Assembly (NCBI GenBank): GCA_963736875.1
Contig: CAVTQH010000003.1
Coordinates: 65,756-129,755, forward strand
Direction of reading: 5' to 3'
Source: Candidatus Amesbacteria bacterium
GTDB taxonomy: Bacteria > Patescibacteriota > Microgenomatia > CAZETR01 > Amesbacteraceae
Length of the DNA: 64,000 bases
Position 1 is the first letter of the stretch. Every line of letters begins with the position of its first letter. Below are positions 1 through 10,688 of the stretch, piece by piece. The notes under the pieces are model-generated. The model was not told where the DNA came from, ran no database searches, and worked only from the letters and a program-made list of their open reading frames with translations. The translations under genes and the position numbers were made by a program.

Positions 1-554
1 GACTGACGGCATATCACGAGGTGGGACACGCAGTCGTGACCTGGGCGCAGCCGGGTATGGATCCGGTACACAGAATTTCCATAGTATCCAGAGGAATGAC
101 TTTGGGGCACACACTGGTACCGCCGTCTTCGGACCGGGTGCATGAAACTAAAAAGAGGCTGATAGGGCAAATTGCGATGATGATGGGCGGAAGAGCAGCG
201 GAACAGATGGTGTTTGATGAAATGACAACGGGGGCGGCTTCCGATATCGACAAGGCTACGGAAATTGCCCGGGGAATGGTGATGGAGTTCGGAATGAGTC
301 AGTTGGGGCCGATTAATTACGGACCCAAGCAGGATATGGTGGATTGGGGCAAGACTTATTACGAACAGACGCAAATATCACAGGAAATGCAGGGAAAAAT
401 TGATACGGAAGTGAAAAAGATCATGGACACCGGTTACGAGACGGCAGTGAAAATTCTGAAGAAATACAGCAAGAAACTGGATGAAGTATCTACCAGACTT
501 CTGGAAATCGAAACCATGGACGGGGATGAATTTGAGAAGATAATGAAGGGATAA
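1..554 (+). CDS. ftsH: ATP-dependent zinc metalloprotease FtsH, C-terminal peptidase M41 domain (5'-partial; frame begins at nt 3)
   Basis: Translation begins ...AYHEVGHAVV (HEXGH zinc motif) and continues with typical M41 C-terminal helices. The CDS enters from upstream of the window; stop TAA at 552-554. Confidence 0.85.
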   Translation, partial: LTAYHEVGHAVVTWAQPGMDPVHRISIVSRGMTLGHTLVPPSSDRVHETKKRLIGQIAMMMGGRAAEQMVFDEMTTGAASDIDKATEIARGMVMEFGMSQLGPINYGPKQDMVDWGKTYYEQTQISQEMQGKIDTEVKKIMDTGYETAVKILKKYSKKLDEVSTRLLEIETMDGDEFEKIMKG

Positions 555-601
555 TACTAACTTATTGGAAAGAGTTGATGTCAATCCTATAGTATATTAT
601 A

Positions 602-1399
602 ATGCTGTGTATGTCTTTAGGTACGGAATACACCGATTCGGAATATTGTGAGAAAAGCCGAAGTTTATCTGCGGCGATGAAACAACTCGGACAGGGAATA
701 CAGGATTTAAAGCCCGGAACAGATGTATATGTTGTCGGTTCGCTGGGTAGAAGGTTGGTTGCAGCATTGATGTTGATGGAGAAAGACAAAATCAGCTTGG
801 ATGAATACTTATTAAAGGCAAAAGGATATTTAAGGCCGAGGGTTAATTTCCGTGGCAATCTGGATGTTGATATTGCCGTGTCGTCTGAGGAGGTGAACTG
901 GTCTGATTTAGCAGGGATTGCCAGGGAAATAACACATAAAAATAATGGGATTGAGATTGATCCGCATTTTGCACAAATGCAAGGTGAAAAAATAGTTTAT
1001 AAATGCGGATATAGCGGAAGTGAGGAAATTATTGATCCGGGTCAGGGTAAGGTGGATTTAGGGAACGGAACGGAAGTTCGGCCTTTAGGTTTACTTGCCG
1101 GATTACAATGTCACTTACTCCACGGCAGAATAAGAGAACAGGATTTAGGAGAGATGTATTTGATGATTTCAGTACTTCAGGAAACAAATAAATGGGATGA
1201 AGATGTAAGGGATAAATTAAGAATGATGGCTGTGGGTTATCTAAGAAGCGGAAATGTCGGCTTGGATTTAGCCAGAATGATTTACCATCAGGCAGTGCCT
1301 TTAAACGTGAGAATTGTGGTCAGTAAGATTAGACATAAAAGCCTTGTATCATTTGACAAAAAATTTAATTTTGATGAGGTTAAACCGGTTGAATTCTGA
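602..1399 (+). CDS. hypothetical protein; weak Pol-beta-like nucleotidyltransferase signature (GS...DVD)
   Basis: 265-aa ORF with 'VVGSLGRRL' followed by 'DVDIAV'. The GS-to-DxD spacing is atypical, so the function is not assigned. Confidence 0.35.
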   Translation: MLCMSLGTEYTDSEYCEKSRSLSAAMKQLGQGIQDLKPGTDVYVVGSLGRRLVAALMLMEKDKISLDEYLLKAKGYLRPRVNFRGNLDVDIAVSSEEVNWSDLAGIAREITHKNNGIEIDPHFAQMQGEKIVYKCGYSGSEEIIDPGQGKVDLGNGTEVRPLGLLAGLQCHLLHGRIREQDLGEMYLMISVLQETNKWDEDVRDKLRMMAVGYLRSGNVGLDLARMIYHQAVPLNVRIVVSKIRHKSLVSFDKKFNFDEVKPVEF

Positions 1400-1425
1400 T
1401 AAGGAATATTTAGATATATAATTGC

Positions 1426-2295
1426 GTGGTGGATAAGCTGCTATTGATTGACGGAAATGCGGTGCTGCACCGGGCGTATTACGCACTACCCGACTGGAGG
1501 AACCGCAGCGGTGAGGCGACAGCGGGGGTGTACGGATTTTTGTCGATGCTTTTAAAAGCCATTGATGAACTGAAACCCACTCATCTGGCAGTTGTTTTTG
1601 ACAGCCCGGAGCCGACTTTCAGGCATGTGATGTACGTCGGGTACCAGGCAACCCGGGAGAAAGAGAGACAGGTATCGGAAGATATCTGGGGACAGGTGGA
1701 GAAATTGAAGGTAGTGTTTGAAAAACTGAATGTACCCGTCTTTGCAGTCCCGGGATTTGAAGCGGATGATGTGATCGGGACACTGGCAAAACAGTTTAAG
1801 ACCAAGAAGGGACAATGCACGATTATTACCGGAGACAGGGATTTAATGCAGCTGGTTGATAAACAGGTGGTGCTTTTTATGCCGCAAAAAGGTTTGTCAG
1901 ACGGAATGATTGTAGATGAGGAAAAAGTAACGGAAAAGCTGGGGATACATCCGTCACAGGTGATTGACTATAAAGGGCTGGTGGGGGATTCCAGTGATAA
2001 TTATCCGGGAGCAGCCGGGATCGGGCCGAAAACGGCAATCCACCTTTTGGCGGAATTCGGAACACTGGATAATATTTACAAAAATCTGCGGAAAATTAAT
2101 GAAAAGATCAGACTGAAACTTACTGAAGGTTTTGAAGCGGCGATGCTGTCGCAGAAACTGGCAACGATTAAACTGGATACGCCGGTGACTTTGAAAATCG
2201 ATGAGGCGGTCAGTACCGGAAAAAGACAGTATGCTGTCTGTTTTGAAAGAGTTGGGATACAAAAGTCTGGTAAGAAGAATAGGGGGAAGTGTTGA
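1426..2295 (+). CDS. 5'-3' exonuclease / flap endonuclease (PolI N-terminal domain family)
   Basis: N-terminus 'LLLIDGNAVLHRAYYAL', and 'GFEADDVIGTLA', 'GDRDLMQL', 'GIGPKTA' (H3TH) motifs typical of 5'-3' exonucleases. GTG start. Confidence 0.8.
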   Translation: MVDKLLLIDGNAVLHRAYYALPDWRNRSGEATAGVYGFLSMLLKAIDELKPTHLAVVFDSPEPTFRHVMYVGYQATREKERQVSEDIWGQVEKLKVVFEKLNVPVFAVPGFEADDVIGTLAKQFKTKKGQCTIITGDRDLMQLVDKQVVLFMPQKGLSDGMIVDEEKVTEKLGIHPSQVIDYKGLVGDSSDNYPGAAGIGPKTAIHLLAEFGTLDNIYKNLRKINEKIRLKLTEGFEAAMLSQKLATIKLDTPVTLKIDEAVSTGKRQYAVCFERVGIQKSGKKNRGKC

Positions 2296-2303
2296 GGAGG
2301 AAG

Positions 2304-4176
2304 ATGACAAACAGGCAAAACTTTTTGATTAAAGCAGGTTTGGTGATAGCGGTATTGATATTGGGAATAAATTCCTGGTCGGCGGTAAACCGGCAGGGGA
2401 TTACACCTCTTGGATAATTATCAGCAGTGGGAAAGACAGGGATTGTATCCGGTGGGAGCGAGACGGCTGGGGCATATTCTGGAGACATATATCGAACCAG
2501 TCAAGTGGATAAAATTTAAAGAAGTATTGTTTAATAGTCCGTGGTTTGTTATTTTGGTGGTATTAAGCGGGGTAGTAGTGGTTGGAGAGAAAAAACTTAA
2601 TAGAGGGGGAAAAATGGGATTGTGGATGTGGGCCGGACCGATTCTGGCACTATAATTTTTACCTGGCAACTGGCAACGGTTCCTTCCGGAATTTATGTGG
2701 ATGAGGCGGTAACCGGGTATAACGCATTTTCGGTACTTTCTACCGGCAGAGATGAATATGGAAAGGCCTTCCCGATATTGTTTCGGTATTTCGGATCATG
2801 GCTGCCGTTTTTAAATATGTATTTACTGGCCCCGGTGGTAAAAATAATCGGACTTTCGGAACTGGCGGTGAGACTGCCGGCAGCGCTTCTCGGAGTGGGG
2901 GTAGTAATGGTCATGTATGTGCTTTTGAAACTGAAAACCCGATCGGAAAGTACAGCCGTGTGGGGGGCGGTGTTTATGGCAGTGATTCCCTGGATGGTAT
3001 TTAACGCCAGGCTGGGCTATGAGGAAATGATCGGATTTATTTTGTTTTCCGCAGGTATTGGACTTTTATGGAGAAGTGTGACAGTCAGAAAAAATCTGGC
3101 TTGGGCGATATTGGCGTTGTCTCTTTCAAGTTATGCGGCTCATGTGTTCCGTTACCTGGAGATTTTGATACTGCCTTTGTGGGTGATAACTAAATTGGGA
3201 GGAGGTCAGACACTGGCCGTTAAAGTGGTGGCGGATGAGTGCCGGGTGGCTTTTTGTTACCCAAATTCCTAATTTACTGGTAGCCGGAACCCCCGCTTTT
3301 TGGGTAAAACAGGTAATTTATAAGGGAGTGAGTATAGTTAAAATTGCCGGGAATTTTTGGCACCAACTGGTAACTTATTTTTCTCCGGTGACTTTATTTG
3401 TGAACGCGCCGGATATTGATCTGCAACATCAGATTCCGGGGGTAGGACTATTTTATTGGTGGATGATAGTGCCGATCATATGGGGGATTGCCGGCTGGGT
3501 GAAAAATTGGAAGCAGAATAAGTGGTGGCTGACACTTTTGGGAGTAAGCGTGATACCGGCGGCAATGTCCGGGGTATTTATTTCGGTGCAGAGGGCCTTA
3601 CCCTTACTTCTGCTCTTATCCATGGCTCTGGCAGAGGGGCTCGGGTATCTCGTTTCCGGCTGGGGGAGAGTGAAGAAGACTCTCGTTTTGACCGGCCTTC
3701 TGGGATACAGCGGACTGCTGCTTTTCAGGTCGTATTTTGTGCTTTTGCCGGGCCTGAATCAGGAAGCGTGGAATTACGGATATAAAGAATTGACCGGGGA
3801 GATTAAAAAACAACCGGATACAAAGTATGTAATCGATAATTCCCGAAATGTCAGAAATTATATTTTACCCCTGTTTTATTTACGGTTTCCGCCCGGGGAA
3901 CTGCAAAAAACCGCGGATGAGAATTTAATAGAAAATTATTATTTCTCCGGAGATCCTGTAAATGTCCATAAATATGCCAATCTAGAATTCCGGCCGATAT
4001 ACTGGAAAGAAGATGTCTGCGTCAAACAAATATTGGCAGGGGACGGTTTGGCGATATCTGAAAAGCAGGCTCTGGAACACTACCTGATTAAAAGAGGTGA
4101 AGTAAAAAGCCGGACAGGAAAACTTCTCCTGCAGTGGTGGGAAACGGATCCTAAGAAGAAGTGCGGTAAAATATGA
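2304..4176 (+). pseudogene. GT39/GT83 (PMT/ArnT-like) membrane glycosyltransferase split over three frames by two frameshifts (possibly homopolymer sequencing errors)
   Basis: ORFs 2410-2655, 2622-3272 and 3235-4176 are consecutive and in different frames. The middle one contains 'PSGIYVDEAVTGYNAFSVLSTGRDEYGKAFPILFRYFG', the extracellular-loop-1 DE motif of GT39/83. Multiple TM helices. Frame changes sit at GGGGG/AAAAA (~2605-2620) and TTTTT (~3255) runs. Confidence 0.6.
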
Positions 4177-4179
4177 TAT

Positions 4180-5286
4180 ATGAAAGTGGCTTTGGTGCAT
4201 GATTATCTGAAAGATCCGGGAGGAGCGGAGGCGGTATTAATGACTTTAAAGCAGATGTGGCCGGAGGCCCCTGTTTATACCGCGTATGCATTCCCCCGAT
4301 ATTGGGGGAGGTACGGAAAAATTCTGGAGAAGTGGAATATCCGGCAAAGCTGGGGCCGGTTCCTGCCGTTTTTACCAAAGTTATTGTCCTACTACACGAT
4401 TTTGTCCCCTTTGTTTTTTTTAAAAATGGACTTGTCGGAGTTTGACTTGGTAATAATTTCCCAAACAGGCGGTTATTTTCCCAACGGGGTGAAAGCTGGA
4501 CCGAAGACCAAAGTGGTTACGTATTGTCATACGCCGCCCAGATTTTTATACGGTTATGAAACCGCAACCAAAGAAAGATACAGATGGTATTGGCGGCCGG
4601 TTTCGGAAGTGGCAAACCATATATTGCGGATGGTGGACTTTAAATTTGCCCAAAAACCGGATTTGTATATTGCCAACTCTAAAAATGTAGCCAACAGAAT
4701 TTGGAAGTTTTACAGAAGGAAGGCTATGGTGGTATATCCACCCATAGAAATTAGTACTAAAAGCGAAGTGCTAAGTACTAAGGAGAAAAAAGACTATTTT
4801 CTTATCATCTCGCGGATTATCGGGAGCAAGAATATTGAATTGGCGGTTGCGGCCGCTAACAAATACGGATTTAAATTAAAAATTGCCGGGAAACCCGTCG
4901 GTAAAAGCGGGGAAGAAATCGCAGTAAAAATTACCGGTTCGACAGTTGAATATCTGGGAGAGGTGGATGAGATAACAAAAGTGAGGTTGTTGTCTGAAGC
5001 AAGAGCATTTCTGGCTCTGGAAAAAGATCCGGATTTCGGGATGACAGCGGTGGAACCGCAGGTTTACGGGACGCCGGTGATTGCATACAAAAATGGCGGA
5101 TATTTGGAAGCGGTGGAGGCGGATAAAACCGGAGTATTTTTTGACCAACTGACCCCGGAAGGTTTATGGGCAGGGATTCAAAAGTTTAATAAAATAAAGT
5201 GGGACCGGAAAGTAATTATCGGTAATGCCCGGAAGTTTTCCAAAGAGAATTTCATAAAGGGGATAATGAAAGCTGTTTCAGAGTAA
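4180..5286 (+). CDS. glycosyltransferase family 4 (GT-B, group 1)
   Basis: 'MKVALVHDYL...GGAE' N-terminus and C-terminal 'FGMTAVEPQVYGTPVIA' EX7E-like motif. Confidence 0.75.
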   Translation: MKVALVHDYLKDPGGAEAVLMTLKQMWPEAPVYTAYAFPRYWGRYGKILEKWNIRQSWGRFLPFLPKLLSYYTILSPLFFLKMDLSEFDLVIISQTGGYFPNGVKAGPKTKVVTYCHTPPRFLYGYETATKERYRWYWRPVSEVANHILRMVDFKFAQKPDLYIANSKNVANRIWKFYRRKAMVVYPPIEISTKSEVLSTKEKKDYFLIISRIIGSKNIELAVAAANKYGFKLKIAGKPVGKSGEEIAVKITGSTVEYLGEVDEITKVRLLSEARAFLALEKDPDFGMTAVEPQVYGTPVIAYKNGGYLEAVEADKTGVFFDQLTPEGLWAGIQKFNKIKWDRKVIIGNARKFSKENFIKGIMKAVSE

Positions 5287-5287
5287 T

Positions 5288-6139
5288 ATGCCGGAACTAC
5301 CAGAAATTGAGACAGTCAGATTACAGCTGTCCGAAGTATTACCGGGGAGAACTATCGAAAGAGTAGAAATACTCAAACAGAAATCTTTTATTGGTGATAA
5401 ACAACTGATTGAAGGAAAGAAAGTAATCGGGGTGGGGCGAAAAGCCAAGTTGTTGCTGATAGATGTTGAGGGGAAGATAGACCTGGCAATTCATTTTAAG
5501 ATGACGGGACAATTAATATACGTGGATAAAGACAGGCGGATTGCAGGCGGGCATCCGACCGTGGATTTTACAGGTGACCTACCCAGTAAACACACCCGGG
5601 TGATATTTCATCTGGACCGCGGGACATTGTATTTTAATGATCAGAGAATATTCGGTTGGGTGAAAACCGGAACAAAAGAGGAAATCCGGCAAATGAAATT
5701 TTTACGGGAACTGGGGCCTGAACCTCCGGAGATTGATGAAGCAGAGTTTCAAAAAATTCTTATAAAAATCAAAAAACCAATCAAGCTGGCATTAATGGAT
5801 CAGACGAAAATTTCGGGAGTGGGAAACATTTATGCCAATGATGCCTGCTGGGAAGCAAAAATCAATCCCAGGAGATTGGCAAATACCCTGACCCGTAAAC
5901 AATACTCGGATTTATACAATGGCGTAATCAGGGTTTTGAAAGAAGGAATTAAATACGGGGGTGCGACGGCAGCAGATGCCAAATATATCGATCTGCACGG
6001 ATTGGGAGGACATTATCAGGAACATTTCCGGGTATATGACCGGGAAGGGGAGGAGTGTCTGCGCGAGGACGGGGGGATAATCCATAAATATGCTTTGGGA
6101 GGAAGAGGAACATATTTTTGTCCCGCATGCCAGGGCTAA
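5288..6139 (+). CDS. mutM: formamidopyrimidine-DNA glycosylase (Fpg/MutM)
   Basis: 'MPELPEIETVRLQL' catalytic N-terminus (Pro2, Glu3), H2TH region, C-terminal zinc finger 'CPACQG'. Confidence 0.9.
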   Translation: MPELPEIETVRLQLSEVLPGRTIERVEILKQKSFIGDKQLIEGKKVIGVGRKAKLLLIDVEGKIDLAIHFKMTGQLIYVDKDRRIAGGHPTVDFTGDLPSKHTRVIFHLDRGTLYFNDQRIFGWVKTGTKEEIRQMKFLRELGPEPPEIDEAEFQKILIKIKKPIKLALMDQTKISGVGNIYANDACWEAKINPRRLANTLTRKQYSDLYNGVIRVLKEGIKYGGATAADAKYIDLHGLGGHYQEHFRVYDREGEECLREDGGIIHKYALGGRGTYFCPACQG

Positions 6140-6177
6140 CGCGAATTTACGGTAAGTTTCAGTATAATGTTGGAGGT

Positions 6178-7215
6178 ATGTTTATTTTAAAGCTGGGTTT
6201 GCAGAATTTCCGTAACTATAAAAAACAGAGTGTCAAATTCGGGGAAAAGACGGTGGTGGCAGGGGGAAACGGAAGCGGGAAAAGCAATCTTTTGGAGGCA
6301 ATATATATGATTGCCACCGGAAAAAGTTTCAGGGCGGACCGTGAGGATGAAGTGATTTCTTACGGGGAAAAAACCGCCAATATTGAATGCACCGCAGACG
6401 GGATGCAGCTGAGAATTTTTCTATCCGACGGCACTACCGGAGTGACAAGAAAGAGATTTGAAGTAAACGGAGTACCTAAAAGAATGATGGATTTTGTAGG
6501 TAATTTCAAAGCGGTAATGTTCGGACCGCAGGATCTGGAGTTGGTTACCGGAAGTCCGGGAATAAGAAGAAGGTACCTGGATTTTGTGATTTCCCAGACG
6601 GATCGGGAATACCGGCGCTGCCTGGTATCTTATGAAAAAGGACTGCGCCAGCGGAATAAGCTTTTGGAACGGATCAGGGAGGGACTGGCTTACCGGAACC
6701 AGTTATTTTTCTGGGACAGACTGCTTGTCAAAAACGGTGAGTATATTACAGATAAAAGAGATGAATATTTGGAAAAACTGAACAGTTTTTCCAAAACCAG
6801 TTTTAACAGTAAATATGACAAGAGTATAATTTCCGAGATCAGATTAAAACAGTACGAAGCGGAGGAGGTGGCAGCGGCGACAACCCTGGTCGGACCGCAC
6901 AGAGACGACTTTTGGGTAGAAGCCGGCGGACGGGATGTATCCAAATACGGGAGCCGGGGTGAACAGAGAATGGCGGTTTTGTGGCTGAAAGAAGGGGAGA
7001 TGAATTATCTGTCCCACAACGATTCCGCTTCGCGGGATGCGGAGCAACCAGTGTTGCTCCTTGATGATATATTTTCAGAGCTGGATCATCTGCACCGGGA
7101 TGTGGTTTTGGAGATGGTAAACATTCAGGTAAAAAACGGGGGACAGGTGATTATGACGACGGCGGATGAGCACATGACACCGGAGGGCAGGGAGTGGGTT
7201 AAAATAAAATTATGA
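6178..7215 (+). CDS. recF: DNA replication and repair protein RecF
   Basis: 'LQNFRNY...GGNGSGKSNLLEAIYMIATGKSFRA' Walker A, and SMC-like signature 'LLLDDIFSELD'. ATG 6178 is preceded by GGAGGT RBS (6172-6177). Confidence 0.85.
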   Translation: MFILKLGLQNFRNYKKQSVKFGEKTVVAGGNGSGKSNLLEAIYMIATGKSFRADREDEVISYGEKTANIECTADGMQLRIFLSDGTTGVTRKRFEVNGVPKRMMDFVGNFKAVMFGPQDLELVTGSPGIRRRYLDFVISQTDREYRRCLVSYEKGLRQRNKLLERIREGLAYRNQLFFWDRLLVKNGEYITDKRDEYLEKLNSFSKTSFNSKYDKSIISEIRLKQYEAEEVAAATTLVGPHRDDFWVEAGGRDVSKYGSRGEQRMAVLWLKEGEMNYLSHNDSASRDAEQPVLLLDDIFSELDHLHRDVVLEMVNIQVKNGGQVIMTTADEHMTPEGREWVKIKL

Positions 7216-8057
7216 ATTCTTTTACAGCGGCAGACCTGAAAAAGCTATGGAAACCCAGAGATAACAGTTCGGGGGAGGAAAACGGGCAAGTGACAATTAT
7301 CGGCGGGTCGGAACTGTTTCACGGAGCTCCGATTCTGGCTTTGAAAGCGGCTACCAGGATCGTGGATATGGTGTTTTTTGCCAGTCCGGATCCGGGTCTC
7401 GGAGAAACGGCTTCTAAAATTAAAGCTTCGTTGGGATCTTTTATCTGGGTACCTTGGGAGGAAACCGAGGAATATATAAAAAAATCGGACGCGGTACTTA
7501 TCGGTCCCGGACTGATGCGGTTTCACAGTGAAAAGTCGGAACCGGAAAAACGGGTCTTAGAATGCGATGAAGCGTGCCGGAAAACTAAAGAGATTACTTA
7601 TAATTTTTTGTTAAGGTTTCCCGATAAAAAGTGGGTGATTGACGGGGGAAGTCTGCAGGTAATGGAGCCGGGGTGGATTCCGCAAAAAGCAATTCTGACA
7701 CCAAATGCTAAAGAATACGAGATGCTCTTTAAAGAGCAGTTTACTATTGATAATCTGCAATTAAACGCCGGGAAGTATAAGTGCATAATTGTGCATAAAG
7801 GACCGACGGCATATGTAACCGACGGAGAGACGATGTATGAAATCCCGGGCGGAAATGCGGGATTGACCAAAGGCGGAGTCGGGGATACGCTGGCCGGGAT
7901 GACAGTGGGACTGGCGGCAAAAAATGAACCACTACTGGCTGCTGCCGCGGCAAGTCTGGCGGTGAAAAAGACCGCTGAAAGGTTGTATGAAAAGGTCGGA
8001 TTTAACTATAATGCCGATGATCTTTCAGAAAGGGTGTTTGAGGAATTATGGAAATAA
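7212..8057 (+). CDS. nnrD: ADP-dependent (S)-NAD(P)H-hydrate dehydratase (YjeF C-terminal / carbohydrate kinase family)
   Basis: 'GQVTIIGGSELFHGAPILALKAATRIV' and C-terminal 'KGGVGDTLAGMTVGLAA' motifs of the YjeF_C family. Confidence 0.7.
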   Translation: MNSFTAADLKKLWKPRDNSSGEENGQVTIIGGSELFHGAPILALKAATRIVDMVFFASPDPGLGETASKIKASLGSFIWVPWEETEEYIKKSDAVLIGPGLMRFHSEKSEPEKRVLECDEACRKTKEITYNFLLRFPDKKWVIDGGSLQVMEPGWIPQKAILTPNAKEYEMLFKEQFTIDNLQLNAGKYKCIIVHKGPTAYVTDGETMYEIPGGNAGLTKGGVGDTLAGMTVGLAAKNEPLLAAAAASLAVKKTAERLYEKVGFNYNADDLSERVFEELWK

Positions 8058-9400
8058 AAAAGTTTGATGCGGTGATTGTCGGGGCTGGTCCGGCGGGGAT
8101 GTTTGCCGCCTACGAAATGATAAAAATTAATCCGAAAATGAAAATCATGCTAATGGACATGGGACCGGAGGTAGGGAAAAGGAAGGAGGAAGACATGATG
8201 GCGGGTTTCGGCGGAGCCGGAACCTACTCTGACGGGAAGCTGCAGTTTACGCCGAAACTGTCACACGAGCGGACATTTCATTTAATTGAACCGGGAGATT
8301 ATCAGAAAATTCTGGATTATATTGACGGGATTTTTATGGGTTTCGGGGTAACAGGTGAAGAGTACCCGAAAAACAAAGAGGAAGTACAGCTGATGGTCGA
8401 GGAAGCGGAGCGGAAAGGAATGGAACTGATTGTCCGCCGGGCAAAACATGTGGGAACCAATAAACTCAAGGAAGTAATTGAAAAAATGGAAAAACACCTG
8501 AAAAGCAAAGGGGTGGTGCTTTTAATGGAAACCAAAGCGGCTGAATTGATTGAGGAGAAAGGCAAGTGTATAGGAATAATTGACGAACGGGGGAAAAAAT
8601 ATTTTGCCCCGAAAATACTTTTATCCGTAGGCCGGGTTTCCGCCAGATGGCTTCAGGAACTGGCTGACCGCCACGGAATCAAATACCAATATGACATGGT
8701 AGAAGTGGGCGTGAGGGTGGAATTTTTGGAATCGGTGATGAAGCGGTACGCCGAGTCTTTGTATGAAATAGTTTTCAAAATCAGAACCCCGACTTTTGAT
8801 GACGTAATGAGGACTTTTTGCACCTGCCCGAACGGGTTTGTAGCCAAAGAAACATATCAGGGATATGTGTGTGTGAACGGACATTCAAATTCCGATCACA
8901 ACAGCAGGAATTCCAATTTTGCTTTTGTAACCGAAGTCCACCTGACGGAACCGGTAGAAAATTCAATCGCTTATGCTGAATCGATTGCACAGTTAACCTC
9001 AACTATCGGCGGAGGAAAACCGATTTTACAAAGGCTTGCTGATTTACGAAAACACCGGAGGAGTACCTGGTCAAGGCTGGATAATTCTATGGTGGAGCCG
9101 ACACTTAAAGATGTAACACCGGGGGATATCTCGATGGCTCTGCCGCACCGGATTGTGGTGGATATTCTGGAAGGATTGGAAAAACTGGACGAAGTGATGC
9201 CGGGAATAAATGACGGATCGACACTTTTATATGCACCCGAGGTGAAATTCCGGTCTTCCAAAGTAACGACTACGCCGGATATGCAAACAACTTTGCCGGG
9301 AGTGTATGTAGCAGGGGACGCGGCCGGACTGTCGGGAACGATTACCGGAGCGGCGGCGACGGGGATAATGGCGGCCAGGGGGATGACAGGCAGGTTGTAA
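8048..9400 (+). CDS. FAD-dependent oxidoreductase (COG2509-like)
   Basis: Rossmann 'FDAVIVGAGPAGMFAAYEM' dinucleotide-binding N-terminus; 450 aa. Confidence 0.55.
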   Translation: MEIKKFDAVIVGAGPAGMFAAYEMIKINPKMKIMLMDMGPEVGKRKEEDMMAGFGGAGTYSDGKLQFTPKLSHERTFHLIEPGDYQKILDYIDGIFMGFGVTGEEYPKNKEEVQLMVEEAERKGMELIVRRAKHVGTNKLKEVIEKMEKHLKSKGVVLLMETKAAELIEEKGKCIGIIDERGKKYFAPKILLSVGRVSARWLQELADRHGIKYQYDMVEVGVRVEFLESVMKRYAESLYEIVFKIRTPTFDDVMRTFCTCPNGFVAKETYQGYVCVNGHSNSDHNSRNSNFAFVTEVHLTEPVENSIAYAESIAQLTSTIGGGKPILQRLADLRKHRRSTWSRLDNSMVEPTLKDVTPGDISMALPHRIVVDILEGLEKLDEVMPGINDGSTLLYAPEVKFRSSKVTTTPDMQTTLPGVYVAGDAAGLSGTITGAAATGIMAARGMTGRL

Positions 9401-9440
9401 TTACCGCAGATTTACCGTAAGATTAACGCAAGGAATTCGA

Positions 9441-10544
9441 GTGCAATGTATATCCCGAAATATACGAATCACCACACAAATTTTAAAGGATGTGGGGATT
9501 ATTGAGGCGGCCAGGGAAGTAATTGAAAATGCGCCTTTGGTACCGGCATATGAAGCCAAATTCAGGGATGAGGCAAAGCTTAAGGCGACGCATTTCGGTA
9601 CGGCTCTGGAGGGAAATGATCTGACGGAGGGGGAAGCAAAATTAATTCTGGAGCGGGAAGTCGGCAGTGTAGCGGAAGCGGAAGCGGCGGGCATTGTGGC
9701 GAGAGAACGGGATGTACAGGAAGTCATCAACTACCGGAATGTACTTGATTTTATCGGCCAAATTCCCCCCGGCGGGGAAGGATTTGAATATACCAAAGAA
9801 CTGTTGCATGAAATTCATAAATTGGTGGTAGAACGGGTAGTACCGAAAGAAGAAGCCGGGGTTTTCCGGCTGAAACAGGTCGTTTTGAAAAATTCAGTGA
9901 CCGGTGAGGTGGGTTTCAGACCACCGCCGGCTTTGGAAGTACCGTTTTTAGTAGATGATTTTCTTGCGTGGCTGAACGGCAGTGCGGGAAGAAGGGAACA
10001 TCCGGTTTTAAGAGCCGGAGTCACTCATTATGCCCTGGCTGCAATTCACCCTTATATTGAGGGCAACGGAAGAACCTCGAGGGTGATGGCGACTCTGGTG
10101 CTGTTCCGGGAGGGGTATGACATTAAGAAATTTATTGCCCTGGAGGAATACTTTGATAAACATGCGGGGGAGTACTTCGGGGCTTTAATGGAAGTGTCCA
10201 ATCAGACTTTTCGTCTGGAGGAGCGGGATTTGACTCCCTGGCTGGAGGTCTTTACCCGGGCATTGGCGCTGGAGCTTTCGCGGATTAAGGATCTGGTGAG
10301 AGAGCTGTCAGTGGATATTAAAATGAAACAGCGGATGGGGAGGCAAATTACGCTTTCGGAAAGACAACTTAAAATGGTGGAGTATTTAAATTCCAACGGG
10401 GAAATCAGCATGGCGGAAGCCAGAGGAGTACTGCCGATGGTATCCGAGGATACCATTTTAAGAGACTTGCGGTATTTGATGCAAAAAGGAGTAATAATTA
10501 AAAAAGGATCCACAAAAGCCGCTAAATATATTCTGAAAAAATAA
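9441..10544 (+). CDS. Fic/DOC family protein with C-terminal winged HTH
   Basis: Fic motif 'HPYIEGNGRTSRV' (HPFx[DE]GNGR) plus C-terminal 'MVEYLNSNGEISMAEA...' wHTH. Confidence 0.8.
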   Translation: MQCISRNIRITTQILKDVGIIEAAREVIENAPLVPAYEAKFRDEAKLKATHFGTALEGNDLTEGEAKLILEREVGSVAEAEAAGIVARERDVQEVINYRNVLDFIGQIPPGGEGFEYTKELLHEIHKLVVERVVPKEEAGVFRLKQVVLKNSVTGEVGFRPPPALEVPFLVDDFLAWLNGSAGRREHPVLRAGVTHYALAAIHPYIEGNGRTSRVMATLVLFREGYDIKKFIALEEYFDKHAGEYFGALMEVSNQTFRLEERDLTPWLEVFTRALALELSRIKDLVRELSVDIKMKQRMGRQITLSERQLKMVEYLNSNGEISMAEARGVLPMVSEDTILRDLRYLMQKGVIIKKGSTKAAKYILKK

Positions 10545-10688
10545 TATGATAGCCGAAGCCCAAATGTTTTATGTAATGCTGGCACTGCCGACTTTGTTCG
10601 GGCTGACACTGGTGGGGGAAGGGAATGTATAAAATGTGGCACTACGAGTCTGGGTGGACCAGCGTATTTTTGGGGTGCGTGTTTTTGG

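Noticed and set aside
602-1399. CD-NTase/cGAS-like nucleotidyltransferase (GS ... DVD)
   Set aside because: The GS motif and the DxD pair are ~48 residues apart, far from the 10-20 expected for the Pol-beta fold, and no second acidic strand is evident. Kept as hypothetical.
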